Of a DNA stretch of 64,000 nucleotides, positions 51,100 through 60,705 are shown piece by piece (the stretch's first letter is position 1; every line of letters begins with the position of its first letter). The position numbers were made by a program, and so were the translations under genes. The notes under the pieces are model-generated. The model made no database searches. It was not told the DNA's origin and saw only the letters and a list, made by a program, of their open reading frames with translations. This DNA comes from an uncultured Pelagibacteraceae bacterium (GTDB lineage: Bacteria > Pseudomonadota > Alphaproteobacteria > Pelagibacterales > Pelagibacteraceae). The stretch spans positions 727 through 64,726 of the forward strand of contig CABYVH010000001.1 in assembly GCA_902522365.1 (NCBI GenBank), given 5' to 3'.

Positions 51100-52251
51100 T
51101 TATTTTGAGAATATATTAAAAAAAGTCTCAAAAAACCCAGATTTTTTAACTTTTTTTTTGGTTTTTGTTAGAAAACTTTCATCACTTTGATGATAATTAA
51201 AACCTGCCTGACAAGAATTCGAATTATTTTCATTAAAGACTTTTAGATCTGAAACTAATTTCATAATGCTTAATTTATAGTTATTGTAGAATAGTGGAGA
51301 ACCACCACCAATAATAATTAATTTTAGTTTAAGTGATGCATTTAATGTTTTAACATAATTACATTGGAGTAGAACTAATTCTATAATTTCATCTAATCTT
51401 GCCTCGATGATTTGTTTTAATAAATCTATTGAAATATTTTTTTCAAAAATTTCACTGTATGGGTTGATTAGATTAGAGTCAGTTTTGTTAAAAAATTTAT
51501 CATTTTCTTCTTTATTAAATTTTATTTTTAAATCTTCTGAATAATCTAAATTAAGTTTTAAAACTTTAGAAATATCTCTAGTGATATTGTTACCACCCAA
51601 AGGAATTGATTTAAAATACTCAAATTTATAGTTATTAAAGACTAATCCACTTGTCCTTTCATAACCAACATCCAAAAAAATAATATTATCTTTATTATCA
51701 AATTCATTTTTATAATAAATGGATTTTACATAGCTTGAACAATATAAATTTAATATTTTCAAATTATTTTTTTTAAATATACTTGAAACATCATCTATAA
51801 GAATTTTATTTAGACAAATAAATTTTATTTCTAATATTAAAGATTTTATTTTAATATCCTCGTCAATCTTAGTTAAAGATTTATTTTTATCGGTAATAAT
51901 ACTGTTTATTGACGAATGAATTATTTGGTCTTTAAAATTATTTTGTGAAATAAAAAAATGGGCTTCTTCAATTAGCTTATCGTAAACCTTTTTAATTGAT
52001 ATTGCATTATCGAATTCTTTTTTAATAGATATGTCTAAAGCATAAAATTTTGGAGAATCATATAAAACAACAACATTGTCTATATGTTTCGATAAAAATT
52101 TTTCTGCATCTTTTATAATTTTATTTAAAGATTTTTCTGCACTATCAATAATCATTCTTTCAGAAGAATAAATATTTTTTGACTCTGTATTAAATATACC
52201 TAATTTTAAATTTTTGGAGCCAAAATCAATTATTGTTTCAAAATTACTCAT
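51100..52251 (-). CDS. ftsA: Divergent cell division protein FtsA
   Basis: Actin-fold remnants DFGSKN, DVGYERT, GGNNITRDI, IIEARLDEI, GGGS; C-terminal amphipathic FFETFFNIF; position after ftsQ. Confidence 0.8.
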   Translation of the reverse strand: MSNFETIIDFGSKNLKLGIFNTESKNIYSSERMIIDSAEKSLNKIIKDAEKFLSKHIDNVVVLYDSPKFYALDISIKKEFDNAISIKKVYDKLIEEAHFFISQNNFKDQIIHSSINSIITDKNKSLTKIDEDIKIKSLILEIKFICLNKILIDDVSSIFKKNNLKILNLYCSSYVKSIYYKNEFDNKDNIIFLDVGYERTSGLVFNNYKFEYFKSIPLGGNNITRDISKVLKLNLDYSEDLKIKFNKEENDKFFNKTDSNLINPYSEIFEKNISIDLLKQIIEARLDEIIELVLLQCNYVKTLNASLKLKLIIIGGGSPLFYNNYKLSIMKLVSDLKVFNENNSNSCQAGFNYHQSDESFLTKTKKKVKKSGFFETFFNIFSK

Positions 52252-52939
52252 TATTATTTGTTAATATGATTTGATTAGATACCCTAAGATCAACAATTTT
52301 TATATTTATCAAATGGTTATTATCTAATAATTTTTTATAGATTTTAATATACTCTTCCTCACTTTTAGAAGGCAACATTAGTGTAAGATTGTTGGAGAAT
52401 AATAAATCCCATCTTTTATTTTTGTAATAATAATATGCCTTAATGTTTTCTGTATTAATAGAGCTATTTTTAAGTATTTTTATCAAATTTAAATATTCAT
52501 AAATTTGAAAATCTCCATATACCGAAGCTAAATTATTTTGATCTGAAAGAAAATTTGAATTTATAAAATTTCCATTTTCACCTATGTAAAATTTTTTTCC
52601 ATTTATTATAGTTTCTCCAAGTATAGTTGTTTTTGAAAGATTTACATTAATCGTTGAAGGGATAACTTTATTTACATAAATGTTTTCTAAAAAATTAAAA
52701 TTAGATAATATTTCTAAAACTTTATCTTTTTTTAATTCGAAGATATTTACATTTTTAAGATTATTTAGTTTTATTTTAATTATTTTTTTTTCATTATAAG
52801 GTAATCCAGTAATATTAATATTCTTTAAACTAAATTTAGCGTAATAATTTTCTAAAATTTGAAAATTAAATATTGAACTTAAAAAAATAAAAAAAAATAA
52901 ATAAATGTATAATTTATATTTACTTATTGATTGAGGCAT
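52244..52939 (-). CDS. ftsQ: Divergent FtsQ/DivIB
   Basis: N-terminal TM, POTRA-like region, KRWDL, VDLRV; lies between ddl and ftsA. Confidence 0.8.
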   Translation of the reverse strand: MPQSISKYKLYIYLFFFIFLSSIFNFQILENYYAKFSLKNINITGLPYNEKKIIKIKLNNLKNVNIFELKKDKVLEILSNFNFLENIYVNKVIPSTINVNLSKTTILGETIINGKKFYIGENGNFINSNFLSDQNNLASVYGDFQIYEYLNLIKILKNSSINTENIKAYYYYKNKRWDLLFSNNLTLMLPSKSEEEYIKIYKKLLDNNHLINIKIVDLRVSNQIILTNNNE

Positions 52940-53840
52940 CTTTTATTATTTCTTCTATAAGTTGTATAAAACTGATATTATTATGACTTGCAATTTCTGG
53001 AACTAAAGACAAAGAGGTCATTCCTGGTTGCGTATTTAGTTCTAATAAATGAAATTTATTGTTAAAAAATCTAAAATCTGATCTTGACACACCCCTGCAT
53101 TTTAAAAGCTTATGTGCTTTTAAAGCTATCGAATTAATTTTATTGAAGTTTTTATAAGTTATATCTACTGGAATTATATGCTCTGTTTTTGCACTAATAC
53201 TGTACTTAGCTTTATAATCATAAAACCTTCTTTTGGGTTTGAGCTCTATTATACCTAATTTTTTATTTCCTAAAATAGCAGCTTGGATTTCTCTTCCAGG
53301 AATATATTTTTCTATTAAAATTTCTTTAAATTTTTGTAGCTTCATCAAATTATTATGAAAGTTTTTTTTGTTTGTTATATATACTCCTACACTAGAACCT
53401 TCATTAATAGGCTTTAGAACTACAGGGAATTTAAATTTTTTATCGATTTTTTTAATTATATTTTTATAATTTAGATTTTTTTTAAAAATAAATTTGAAAT
53501 ATGGTGGTGTTAGAATTTTATTCTTTATAAATATTTTCTTTGATATTTCTTTATCAATTGCTAAAGATGATGATAAAACTCCAGAGTGAGTATATTTTAC
53601 TTTCTCAGACTCGAGAATAGATTGTATATAACCATCTTCACCATATCTTCCATGTAATAAATTTAGCACTAATTTTGGCTTAAATTTTCTTAATTTTTTA
53701 ACGAAATGTCCATCGGGTTCTATTGTTAAAAGTTTGTATTTATTATTCTTTTTTAACTCTTTGGTAACACTTGCAGCTGTAATTAAACTTATCTCCCTTT
53801 CATTGGAATACCCTCCAGCCAAAATTAAAATTTTATTCAT
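52920..53840 (-). CDS. ddl: D-alanine-D-alanine ligase
   Basis: Motifs GGYSNEREIS, LHGRYGEDG, KPINEGSSVG, ELNTQPGMT. Confidence 0.96.
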   Translation of the reverse strand: MNKILILAGGYSNEREISLITAASVTKELKKNNKYKLLTIEPDGHFVKKLRKFKPKLVLNLLHGRYGEDGYIQSILESEKVKYTHSGVLSSSLAIDKEISKKIFIKNKILTPPYFKFIFKKNLNYKNIIKKIDKKFKFPVVLKPINEGSSVGVYITNKKNFHNNLMKLQKFKEILIEKYIPGREIQAAILGNKKLGIIELKPKRRFYDYKAKYSISAKTEHIIPVDITYKNFNKINSIALKAHKLLKCRGVSRSDFRFFNNKFHLLELNTQPGMTSLSLVPEIASHNNISFIQLIEEIIKDASINK

Positions 53841-54748
53841 TATTCAACTAGCACAATTTCTAATTCTAATTTTATACCTGTTTGGTCTTTAACTTTCTTT
53901 TTAACAAAATTAATTAAAGATTTCATATCTGCAGCTTTTGCATTTTTTTTATTTACAAAAAAATTAGCATGTTTCTTAGATATAGCTGCATCACCATAAC
54001 TTATTTCATGAGGAACACTTGATCTAATTAATTCCCAAACTTTTTTATCTGTTTGATTAATAGGATTTTTAAAAGTACTACCACTAGTTTTAATTTTAGT
54101 TGGTTGAGCCATATTTTTAATTATATTTAGTTCATTCATATAATTATTTATTTCATCGCAATTTTTTTCTTTTCCTTTAAAAGTGGCACTTAAAAATATT
54201 AAATCTTTAGGTAATTGTATCGACCTATAGTTAAAGTTAATTTTATTTGCAGGAATACTTCTTACTAAACCTTTAAAATCAACTAATTGAATAGAAATAA
54301 GAATGTCTTTAAATTCTTTTTTAAAACAACCAGAGTTCATTCTAATACCACCTCCTATTGAACCTGGGATACATGACATAAACTCTAATCCAGAAATATT
54401 ATTATCCTTTGCAAATTCTGAAACTTTTTTTTGTGAAGCCGCAGTTCCAGCAATGATTGTTTCATTATCTAGCAAAGTAATATTTGAGAAACTTTTGCCT
54501 AACTTTATTACTGTACCTTTGTAAGTTTCGTCATCAAATAATACATTTGATCCATTCCCTAAAATAAATATTTTACTTCTTGAAGAATAAAGTTTTAAAT
54601 ATTCTATTAAACCCTTTAGAGAGTTTGGTTTAAAAAAAATTTTAGTTTTTCCCCCGATATTAAACCAATTAAAATTTTTAATACTCTGATCAAAAAAAAT
54701 ATCTCCATCTATTAATTTTACTGATTTTTTTATATCCTCAATTTTCAT
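53840..54748 (-). CDS. murB: UDP-N-acetylenolpyruvoylglucosamine reductase
   Basis: Motifs LGNGSN, IPGSIGG..RMNSG, SGSTFKNP, KHANF. Start 54748 via TAATG overlap with murC. Confidence 0.95.
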   Translation of the reverse strand: MKIEDIKKSVKLIDGDIFFDQSIKNFNWFNIGGKTKIFFKPNSLKGLIEYLKLYSSRSKIFILGNGSNVLFDDETYKGTVIKLGKSFSNITLLDNETIIAGTAASQKKVSEFAKDNNISGLEFMSCIPGSIGGGIRMNSGCFKKEFKDILISIQLVDFKGLVRSIPANKINFNYRSIQLPKDLIFLSATFKGKEKNCDEINNYMNELNIIKNMAQPTKIKTSGSTFKNPINQTDKKVWELIRSSVPHEISYGDAAISKKHANFFVNKKNAKAADMKSLINFVKKKVKDQTGIKLELEIVLVE

Positions 54749-56139
54749 TAAAAAATATTTTTCAAATTTTTCATCCAATTTGATATTGATCCTGCACCCA
54801 TACCTATATAAATTTTTTTACCAAATGCATTCTGCCTTATAAACCTTCTTAATTGCAATTCATTGTCAACCTGTATTAGCTTAACATTAGAATTTTTTAT
54901 TATTAAATTTGCAAAGGAATCATATGTAAAATTTAGTTTTAGTTTTTCATTTGCTGTGTAAATGGGACACAGTAAAACTGTATCTGCCATTTTAAAACAT
55001 TTTGAAAATTCTTTTTTCAAGTTAATTACTCTTGAAATTCTGTGAGGTTGAAAAACACAAACAATTTCTTTATTTTTATGTACATTTTTAACACCACTTA
55101 ATACTGAACTTATTTCTGTTGGATGATGAGCATAATCATCATAGAAACTTACCTTTTTATGATTGAATAAATGAGAAAACCTTCTCTGAACTCCTTTAAA
55201 ATTGCAAAGTCCAAGTTTAATATATTTTTCAGGCAATCCAATTGTAAAAGCTAAGGAAGCTGCAGCAGTTGCATTTTGAATATTATGAATTCCAATCATT
55301 GGCAGCTTGATTTCTTTAATTATTTTTTTTTTACTTGGTATATTAATTTTAATATCGAAACTAGAATAGTTAAGTTTTTGATTTATATTTATTATTTGGA
55401 AATTTGAATTTTTATTCTTACCATATGTATAAAAATTTTTGTTTATTGATTTTTTAAAAACTTTTTTAAGATTTTGATCATCATTACATACAAACCCCTT
55501 ACCTACAGATGGTATTTTTTCTATAAATTTTTTAAAACTTTTTTTAAGGTTATTTATATTTTTATAAAAATCCAAGTGTTCAGAATCCAAATTAGTAGCT
55601 ATAGAATATGTAAAAGGGATTTTTAAAAAACTTCCGTCGGACTCATCTGATTCAGTAATACACCAGTTACTTTTACCTAATTTTGCTGAATTACCAAATG
55701 AATTTAAAACACCACCATTGATTATAGTTGGATCTAAATTACCTGATGTAAAAATACTAGATATTAATGATGTTGTAGTTGTTTTCCCATGCGAACCAGT
55801 AATGACAATACTCCTCATGAAAGATACTATATGACCTAACATATCTCCTCTGGTGTAAACTGGTAAATTTTTTTTGATACCCTCAACTAATTCTGGGTTA
55901 TTTTTTTTAATTGCTGAGGAAATCACCATAACAGTAGTTTTTTTTATATTCTCTTTTTTATGATTTAAAAATATTCTTATTTTTTTTTTATTTAATCTCT
56001 CAATGTTTTTATTATTGACTATATCACTACCTTGCACTTTGTAACCTAATCCATTCATAATCAATGCCAGGCCACTCATACCTATTCCTCCAATACCAAC
56101 AAAATGAATAAGTTCGTTTTTTCCTAAATCAATTTTCAT
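54748..56139 (-). CDS. murC: UDP-MurNAc-L-alanine ligase
   Basis: Motifs HFVGIGGIGMSG, GSHGKTTT, ESDESDGSF, DDYAHHPTE, FQPHR. Confidence 0.97.
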   Translation of the reverse strand: MKIDLGKNELIHFVGIGGIGMSGLALIMNGLGYKVQGSDIVNNKNIERLNKKKIRIFLNHKKENIKKTTVMVISSAIKKNNPELVEGIKKNLPVYTRGDMLGHIVSFMRSIVITGSHGKTTTTSLISSIFTSGNLDPTIINGGVLNSFGNSAKLGKSNWCITESDESDGSFLKIPFTYSIATNLDSEHLDFYKNINNLKKSFKKFIEKIPSVGKGFVCNDDQNLKKVFKKSINKNFYTYGKNKNSNFQIININQKLNYSSFDIKINIPSKKKIIKEIKLPMIGIHNIQNATAAASLAFTIGLPEKYIKLGLCNFKGVQRRFSHLFNHKKVSFYDDYAHHPTEISSVLSGVKNVHKNKEIVCVFQPHRISRVINLKKEFSKCFKMADTVLLCPIYTANEKLKLNFTYDSFANLIIKNSNVKLIQVDNELQLRRFIRQNAFGKKIYIGMGAGSISNWMKNLKNIF

Positions 56140-57208
56140 TAAAAAGCTCGATTAGTTTAGATTTATTTTTTTCCCATGTATTTTCTTTATTAAGTAGAAT
56201 TAGATTGTTTTTTTTTGAAAAATATTCATTTTGATCTTCAAATATTTTTATCATTAAATCTTTAAAGCTATTTTCATCAACATCTTTCTGCATCATTAGC
56301 CAACAACATTTATTTTTTTCATAAAATTCTGCATTATAATATTGATGATTATCTTTAGCATATGGAAATGGAATTGCCACAAATGGAATATTTAAGTAAC
56401 CTAATTCTGCAATTGTTGACGCGCCAGATCGCGTAATAGCCACATCATAATCAACGGCTTTAATTAATAATTTATCATCAAAGTCAAATAATTTATGCTC
56501 TATAAGATTTTTTTGATAAGTTTCTTTAATATTTTCTTTTGAATTAAGATCAATAACTTGCTGTAAAACATGGATTTTCTTTATTTTTGAAAGTTTTATC
56601 ATAATTTGAGTAATAGTTTCATCGAAGAACTTTGCTCCCTGGCTACCTCCAATAATTAAAATTTTTTTTTTTTCTGCAATAGTAGTTTTTTTATTTTTTT
56701 GGTATTTATAGATTTCTTTTCTAAGTAATGGTTTAACTAAATAGATTTTATTTATGAATTTTTTGGAAATACCTCTCAAATTTTTATCGTAACAAATAAT
56801 TTTTTCAGCAAAACTAAGTATTAATTTATTTGTTCTTCCTAGAACAGAATTTGGTTCAAAAACATAAATTTTTATATTCAACAAAGTAGAAGCTAAACAT
56901 AAGGGCAAGGACATATATCCGCCAGTGCTAATTAGAATATTAAAATTATTTAATTTTAAGTATTTATAAGATTTTATTGTTGAAATACAAAATTTAATTA
57001 GATTGTAAGGAAGTAATAACAAGTTTGAGAATAAATTTGGTACATCAATTAATGAATAATTATAGTTTTCATTATTAATATACTTTGATCCTCTTAAATC
57101 TGTAGAAATTTGTACTTCAAAATCATCTTTTAAAGCATCATATATACTTAATGATGGAATTACATGCCCACCTGAACCACCTGTTGTAATAATTATTTTT
57201 TTCATCAT
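56129..57208 (-). CDS. murG: Lipid II GlcNAc transferase
   Basis: Motifs GGSGGHV.P, GGY, EPN..LG..N, GGSQGA, RSGAST, HQ..NA. Confidence 0.95.
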   Translation of the reverse strand: MMKKIIITTGGSGGHVIPSLSIYDALKDDFEVQISTDLRGSKYINNENYNYSLIDVPNLFSNLLLLPYNLIKFCISTIKSYKYLKLNNFNILISTGGYMSLPLCLASTLLNIKIYVFEPNSVLGRTNKLILSFAEKIICYDKNLRGISKKFINKIYLVKPLLRKEIYKYQKNKKTTIAEKKKILIIGGSQGAKFFDETITQIMIKLSKIKKIHVLQQVIDLNSKENIKETYQKNLIEHKLFDFDDKLLIKAVDYDVAITRSGASTIAELGYLNIPFVAIPFPYAKDNHQYYNAEFYEKNKCCWLMMQKDVDENSFKDLMIKIFEDQNEYFSKKNNLILLNKENTWEKNKSKLIELFNEN

Positions 57209-57209
57209 T

Positions 57210-58319
57210 TCAATCTAATTTTCTTTTTGTTAAATTCAAAATTAATCCTGATAAAAATGCCGTACTGACTATGGATGACCCACCATAACTTAAAAAGGGT
57301 AAAGTCATTCCTGTAGTTGGCAGTATTCTTATATTAACGCCCACATGTATAAAAGTTTGTATCAAAATTAAAGAGATACACCCGCTTAAAATAAGTTTTG
57401 ACAAATCTTCATTTATAAAATTAATTTTTTGGATTACCCTGTAAGAAAAGATCAGATATAAAAACAATATTCCAATAACTATTATTACACCAAACTCTTC
57501 TGATATTACTGAGACTATATAATCTGTATGTGCTTCAGGGACTCTTGAATTCAAAGTACCTTCTCCAATACCTTTTCCAAAAAAACCACCATTTATAATT
57601 GCATCACTTGCTTTTTCTGCTTGATAATTATTGCCTGAACTTGAATCTAAAAAAGCGAAAAGTCTAATTTTTATATATTCAAATTTTGAAACAAATAAAA
57701 CTAAATAGCTTACAGTTGAACCAATAAAGAGAAAGAATATGAAAAAAACAAAAATATTAATGCCAGAGATAAATATTAAAGCTAACCAAACCATTGATAT
57801 CAAAAGGGTTTGTCCAATATCAGGTTGATAAACAAGCAACATTAATATTGGCAGTGTGAATAAAGTACTTAAGAAGTATTTAAAATATAATCTTCTATTT
57901 TGCATAGTTAGCATGAAAGATAATGTTACTATAAAAAATGGTTTAACAATCTCAACAGGCTGAAATCTAGGCAAAAAAAACAAATCTAGCCATCTTTTTG
58001 AACCTTTTACCTCAATCCCTAAAAAAGGAACTAACAACAAACTTAGAAATGCCATTAAGAATAAAATCAATGAAAATTTTGCTAAAATTTTTTGATTCAT
58101 AAAGGAAAATGTAATCAAAATAGCTATGGCTAAAGCTATATAAGCAGAATGTTTAAAAAAAAAATAATATGATTTTGTATTTAATTTGTCTGATGCAATC
58201 AAAGAGGTGGAGACTAACGAAAAGAAAAGCCCTAATAAAAATAAACCTAAAATTAAAAATAATAAAAACTTGTCTATATTTTTCCACCAATCATAGAAAG
58301 TATCTAGATATTTATTCAT
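57210..58319 (-). CDS. ftsW: SEDS peptidoglycan polymerase FtsW
   Basis: Motifs KGSKRW, FQPVE, QPDIG, PEAHTDY, EEFG, PTTGMTLPFLSYGGSS. Confidence 0.95.
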   Translation of the reverse strand: MNKYLDTFYDWWKNIDKFLLFLILGLFLLGLFFSLVSTSLIASDKLNTKSYYFFFKHSAYIALAIAILITFSFMNQKILAKFSLILFLMAFLSLLLVPFLGIEVKGSKRWLDLFFLPRFQPVEIVKPFFIVTLSFMLTMQNRRLYFKYFLSTLFTLPILMLLVYQPDIGQTLLISMVWLALIFISGINIFVFFIFFLFIGSTVSYLVLFVSKFEYIKIRLFAFLDSSSGNNYQAEKASDAIINGGFFGKGIGEGTLNSRVPEAHTDYIVSVISEEFGVIIVIGILFLYLIFSYRVIQKINFINEDLSKLILSGCISLILIQTFIHVGVNIRILPTTGMTLPFLSYGGSSIVSTAFLSGLILNLTKRKLD

Positions 58320-59620
58320 TTTTGAATTTTTTTGAGCATAGCTTTTATAATCTTATTAAAAATACCTCCCCTTTGCTCAAAGTTTTTAAATTGATCAAAA
58401 GAAGCTGCACATGGGCTAAAAAGAATTACTTTTTTAGTATTGTCATTTTGAATGTTATTTTCTAAATTTTTCATAATCCCTTTAAGTGTTGCAGAGGAAG
58501 TGCAAGACATATTAATTGGGAGTGAATTAATCAAAAAATTTCTATCTTTTCCATAAGCGTAAGCTCTAATATTTGAAACGTATTTTTTTTTTAGTTTGAG
58601 TCTATCTCCTTTTTTAGCAAGTCCTCCCAATATCCAATATATATTTTCGTAACTTTCAAGTAATGGAGCTGTCGATGAAAAACTAGTAGATTTTGAATCG
58701 TTTATAATTAATAATTTTTTCGATTTATAGATTATTTGTTGTCTATAATCCAAACCTTTAAATTTATTTGCAGTATATATAACTGTTTTTAAATTGAGTT
58801 TTAATTCTTTGGCAATACAAAAAACGAAGCTAAGATTTTTTTCATTACTAGAATTATTAAAATAAATATTATCTATTTGTTTATAATATTTTTTGTTTTC
58901 AAAATGATCAATTTTAATTATTTTTGATTTAATTTTATTTTTTTCAACTAATTCATTTAGAAATTTATTTTCGGTATCTATAAAAGTAAAGTCATTGTTG
59001 CTTTGTGATTTTACAATTTTAAATTTTGCTTCAGCATAATCTTTGAAAGACCCATGCCTTTCTAAATGATCTGGACTCAAATTAAGTATAACTGAATAGT
59101 TAGATCTATAGTATTTGCTATAATCAAGTTGATAAGAGGATGCTTCAATTACAAAAATTGTATTATTTTTAATTTTTTTCTCCATTAATATTGGATATCC
59201 AATATTACCGGTTAATCTTACATCCTTTTTATTATTTTTAAGAACCTCGTAGAGTAGTTTCGAGGTAGTCGATTTACCATTTGTTCCAGTAATTGTGATT
59301 TTATTTATATTTGGATAGCTTATTGCAAATATATCAAGTTCTGTAATAATTTTAGAACTATTTTTTTTCAAATAACGAGAAATTTTACATTTCTTAATAT
59401 CTATCCCTGGACTTAAAACAATAAAATCAAAGTTTAAAGAAGATAATTTGTATATATTAATTAATTTTTTTTTAAACTTTACTGGAACATTGTTTTTATT
59501 ATCATCAAAAATAGTACAGATATTATTTTTATTTAAAAAATTAAAACAAGCAGTACCAGACTTTCCAAAACCATAAATTAAAATTTTTTTATTTTTAAAA
59601 TAAATTTGTTTTTCATTCAT
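58316..59620 (-). CDS. murD: UDP-MurNAc-L-Ala-D-Glu ligase
   Basis: Motifs GFGKSG, SPGI, TGTNGKSTT, EASSYQL, DHLERH, NDSKST, SPCAASFDQF. Start 59620 via TAATG overlap with mraY. Confidence 0.96.
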   Translation of the reverse strand: MNEKQIYFKNKKILIYGFGKSGTACFNFLNKNNICTIFDDNKNNVPVKFKKKLINIYKLSSLNFDFIVLSPGIDIKKCKISRYLKKNSSKIITELDIFAISYPNINKITITGTNGKSTTSKLLYEVLKNNKKDVRLTGNIGYPILMEKKIKNNTIFVIEASSYQLDYSKYYRSNYSVILNLSPDHLERHGSFKDYAEAKFKIVKSQSNNDFTFIDTENKFLNELVEKNKIKSKIIKIDHFENKKYYKQIDNIYFNNSSNEKNLSFVFCIAKELKLNLKTVIYTANKFKGLDYRQQIIYKSKKLLIINDSKSTSFSSTAPLLESYENIYWILGGLAKKGDRLKLKKKYVSNIRAYAYGKDRNFLINSLPINMSCTSSATLKGIMKNLENNIQNDNTKKVILFSPCAASFDQFKNFEQRGGIFNKIIKAMLKKIQK

Positions 59621-60705
59621 TATCTTAGTTTTAATGTTGCTAGACCTATCATTGCTAAGATAATTGATATGATCCAAAATCTAATAACTACAGTAGACTC
59701 TGGCCACCCTTTTTTTTCAAAATGATGGTGTATAGGTGCCATTTTAAATATCCTTTTTCCAGTAAGTTTAAATGATATCACTTGAGCAATCACTGAAACA
59801 GCTTCTAGCACAAATAATCCACCTGTTATTGCTAGAACGATTTCATGTTTTGTAATAATACCTACTGCCCCTAAGGATCCTCCTAAAGCCAATGAACCTG
59901 TATCACCCATGAATATCTTGGCGGGTGGAGCATTAAACCACAAAAAACCTAAACAAGATCCTATAATTGCCCCACAAAAAATTGATGCTTCTCCCACTCC
60001 TTCGATGTATGTAATTTGTAAATATCCAGAAAATACTATATTTCCTGTTACATAACTAATAAAAGCAAAACATGCAGCAACTAATATTACTGGCACTGTA
60101 GCTAAACCATCTAGTCCATCAGTCAAGTTAACTGCATTAGATGATCCTACAATAACAAATAAATAAAATGGAATGAAAAACCATCCTAAATTAATTATTA
60201 AGTTTTTAAAAAATGGAAAATATAGATTGTGTAGTTCATTTGACCCGCTATAAAAATAGAGTATAAAAATTCCAACTAATGCTAAAATAATCTGAATTGT
60301 AATCTTTGTTTTTGAGCTTATACCATTTGAATTATTTTTTTTTATTTTTTGATAGTCATCAAAAGCTCCAAGTAACCCAAAAGATCCAACTATATAAAGT
60401 AAGAACCAATTATAGGGGTTCGAAAAATCACCCCATAAAATGACACCTGAGAAAATGCCTAGTAATATCATTAGACCTCCCATGGTCGGAGTTCCAATTT
60501 TTCTAACTATATGCTCACTAGGCCCATCTTCTCTAATTGGGTCATGAATTTGATGTGTAGAGAAATAATTTATAAGTGGTCCGCCAACTAAAAAAACTAC
60601 TATCATCGATGTAAACATTGATAGACCAGTTCTTACAGTTAAATATTTAAAAACATTAAGAAAACTAAAAATTTCAACTAGGTTAGAAAATAGACTAAAA
60701 AGCAT
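59620..60705 (-). CDS. mraY: Phospho-MurNAc-pentapeptide transferase
   Basis: Motifs KIGTPTMGG, NAVNLTDGLDGLA, FMGDTGS, MAPIHHHFE. Confidence 0.98.
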   Translation of the reverse strand: MLFSLFSNLVEIFSFLNVFKYLTVRTGLSMFTSMIVVFLVGGPLINYFSTHQIHDPIREDGPSEHIVRKIGTPTMGGLMILLGIFSGVILWGDFSNPYNWFLLYIVGSFGLLGAFDDYQKIKKNNSNGISSKTKITIQIILALVGIFILYFYSGSNELHNLYFPFFKNLIINLGWFFIPFYLFVIVGSSNAVNLTDGLDGLATVPVILVAACFAFISYVTGNIVFSGYLQITYIEGVGEASIFCGAIIGSCLGFLWFNAPPAKIFMGDTGSLALGGSLGAVGIITKHEIVLAITGGLFVLEAVSVIAQVISFKLTGKRIFKMAPIHHHFEKKGWPESTVVIRFWIISIILAMIGLATLKLR

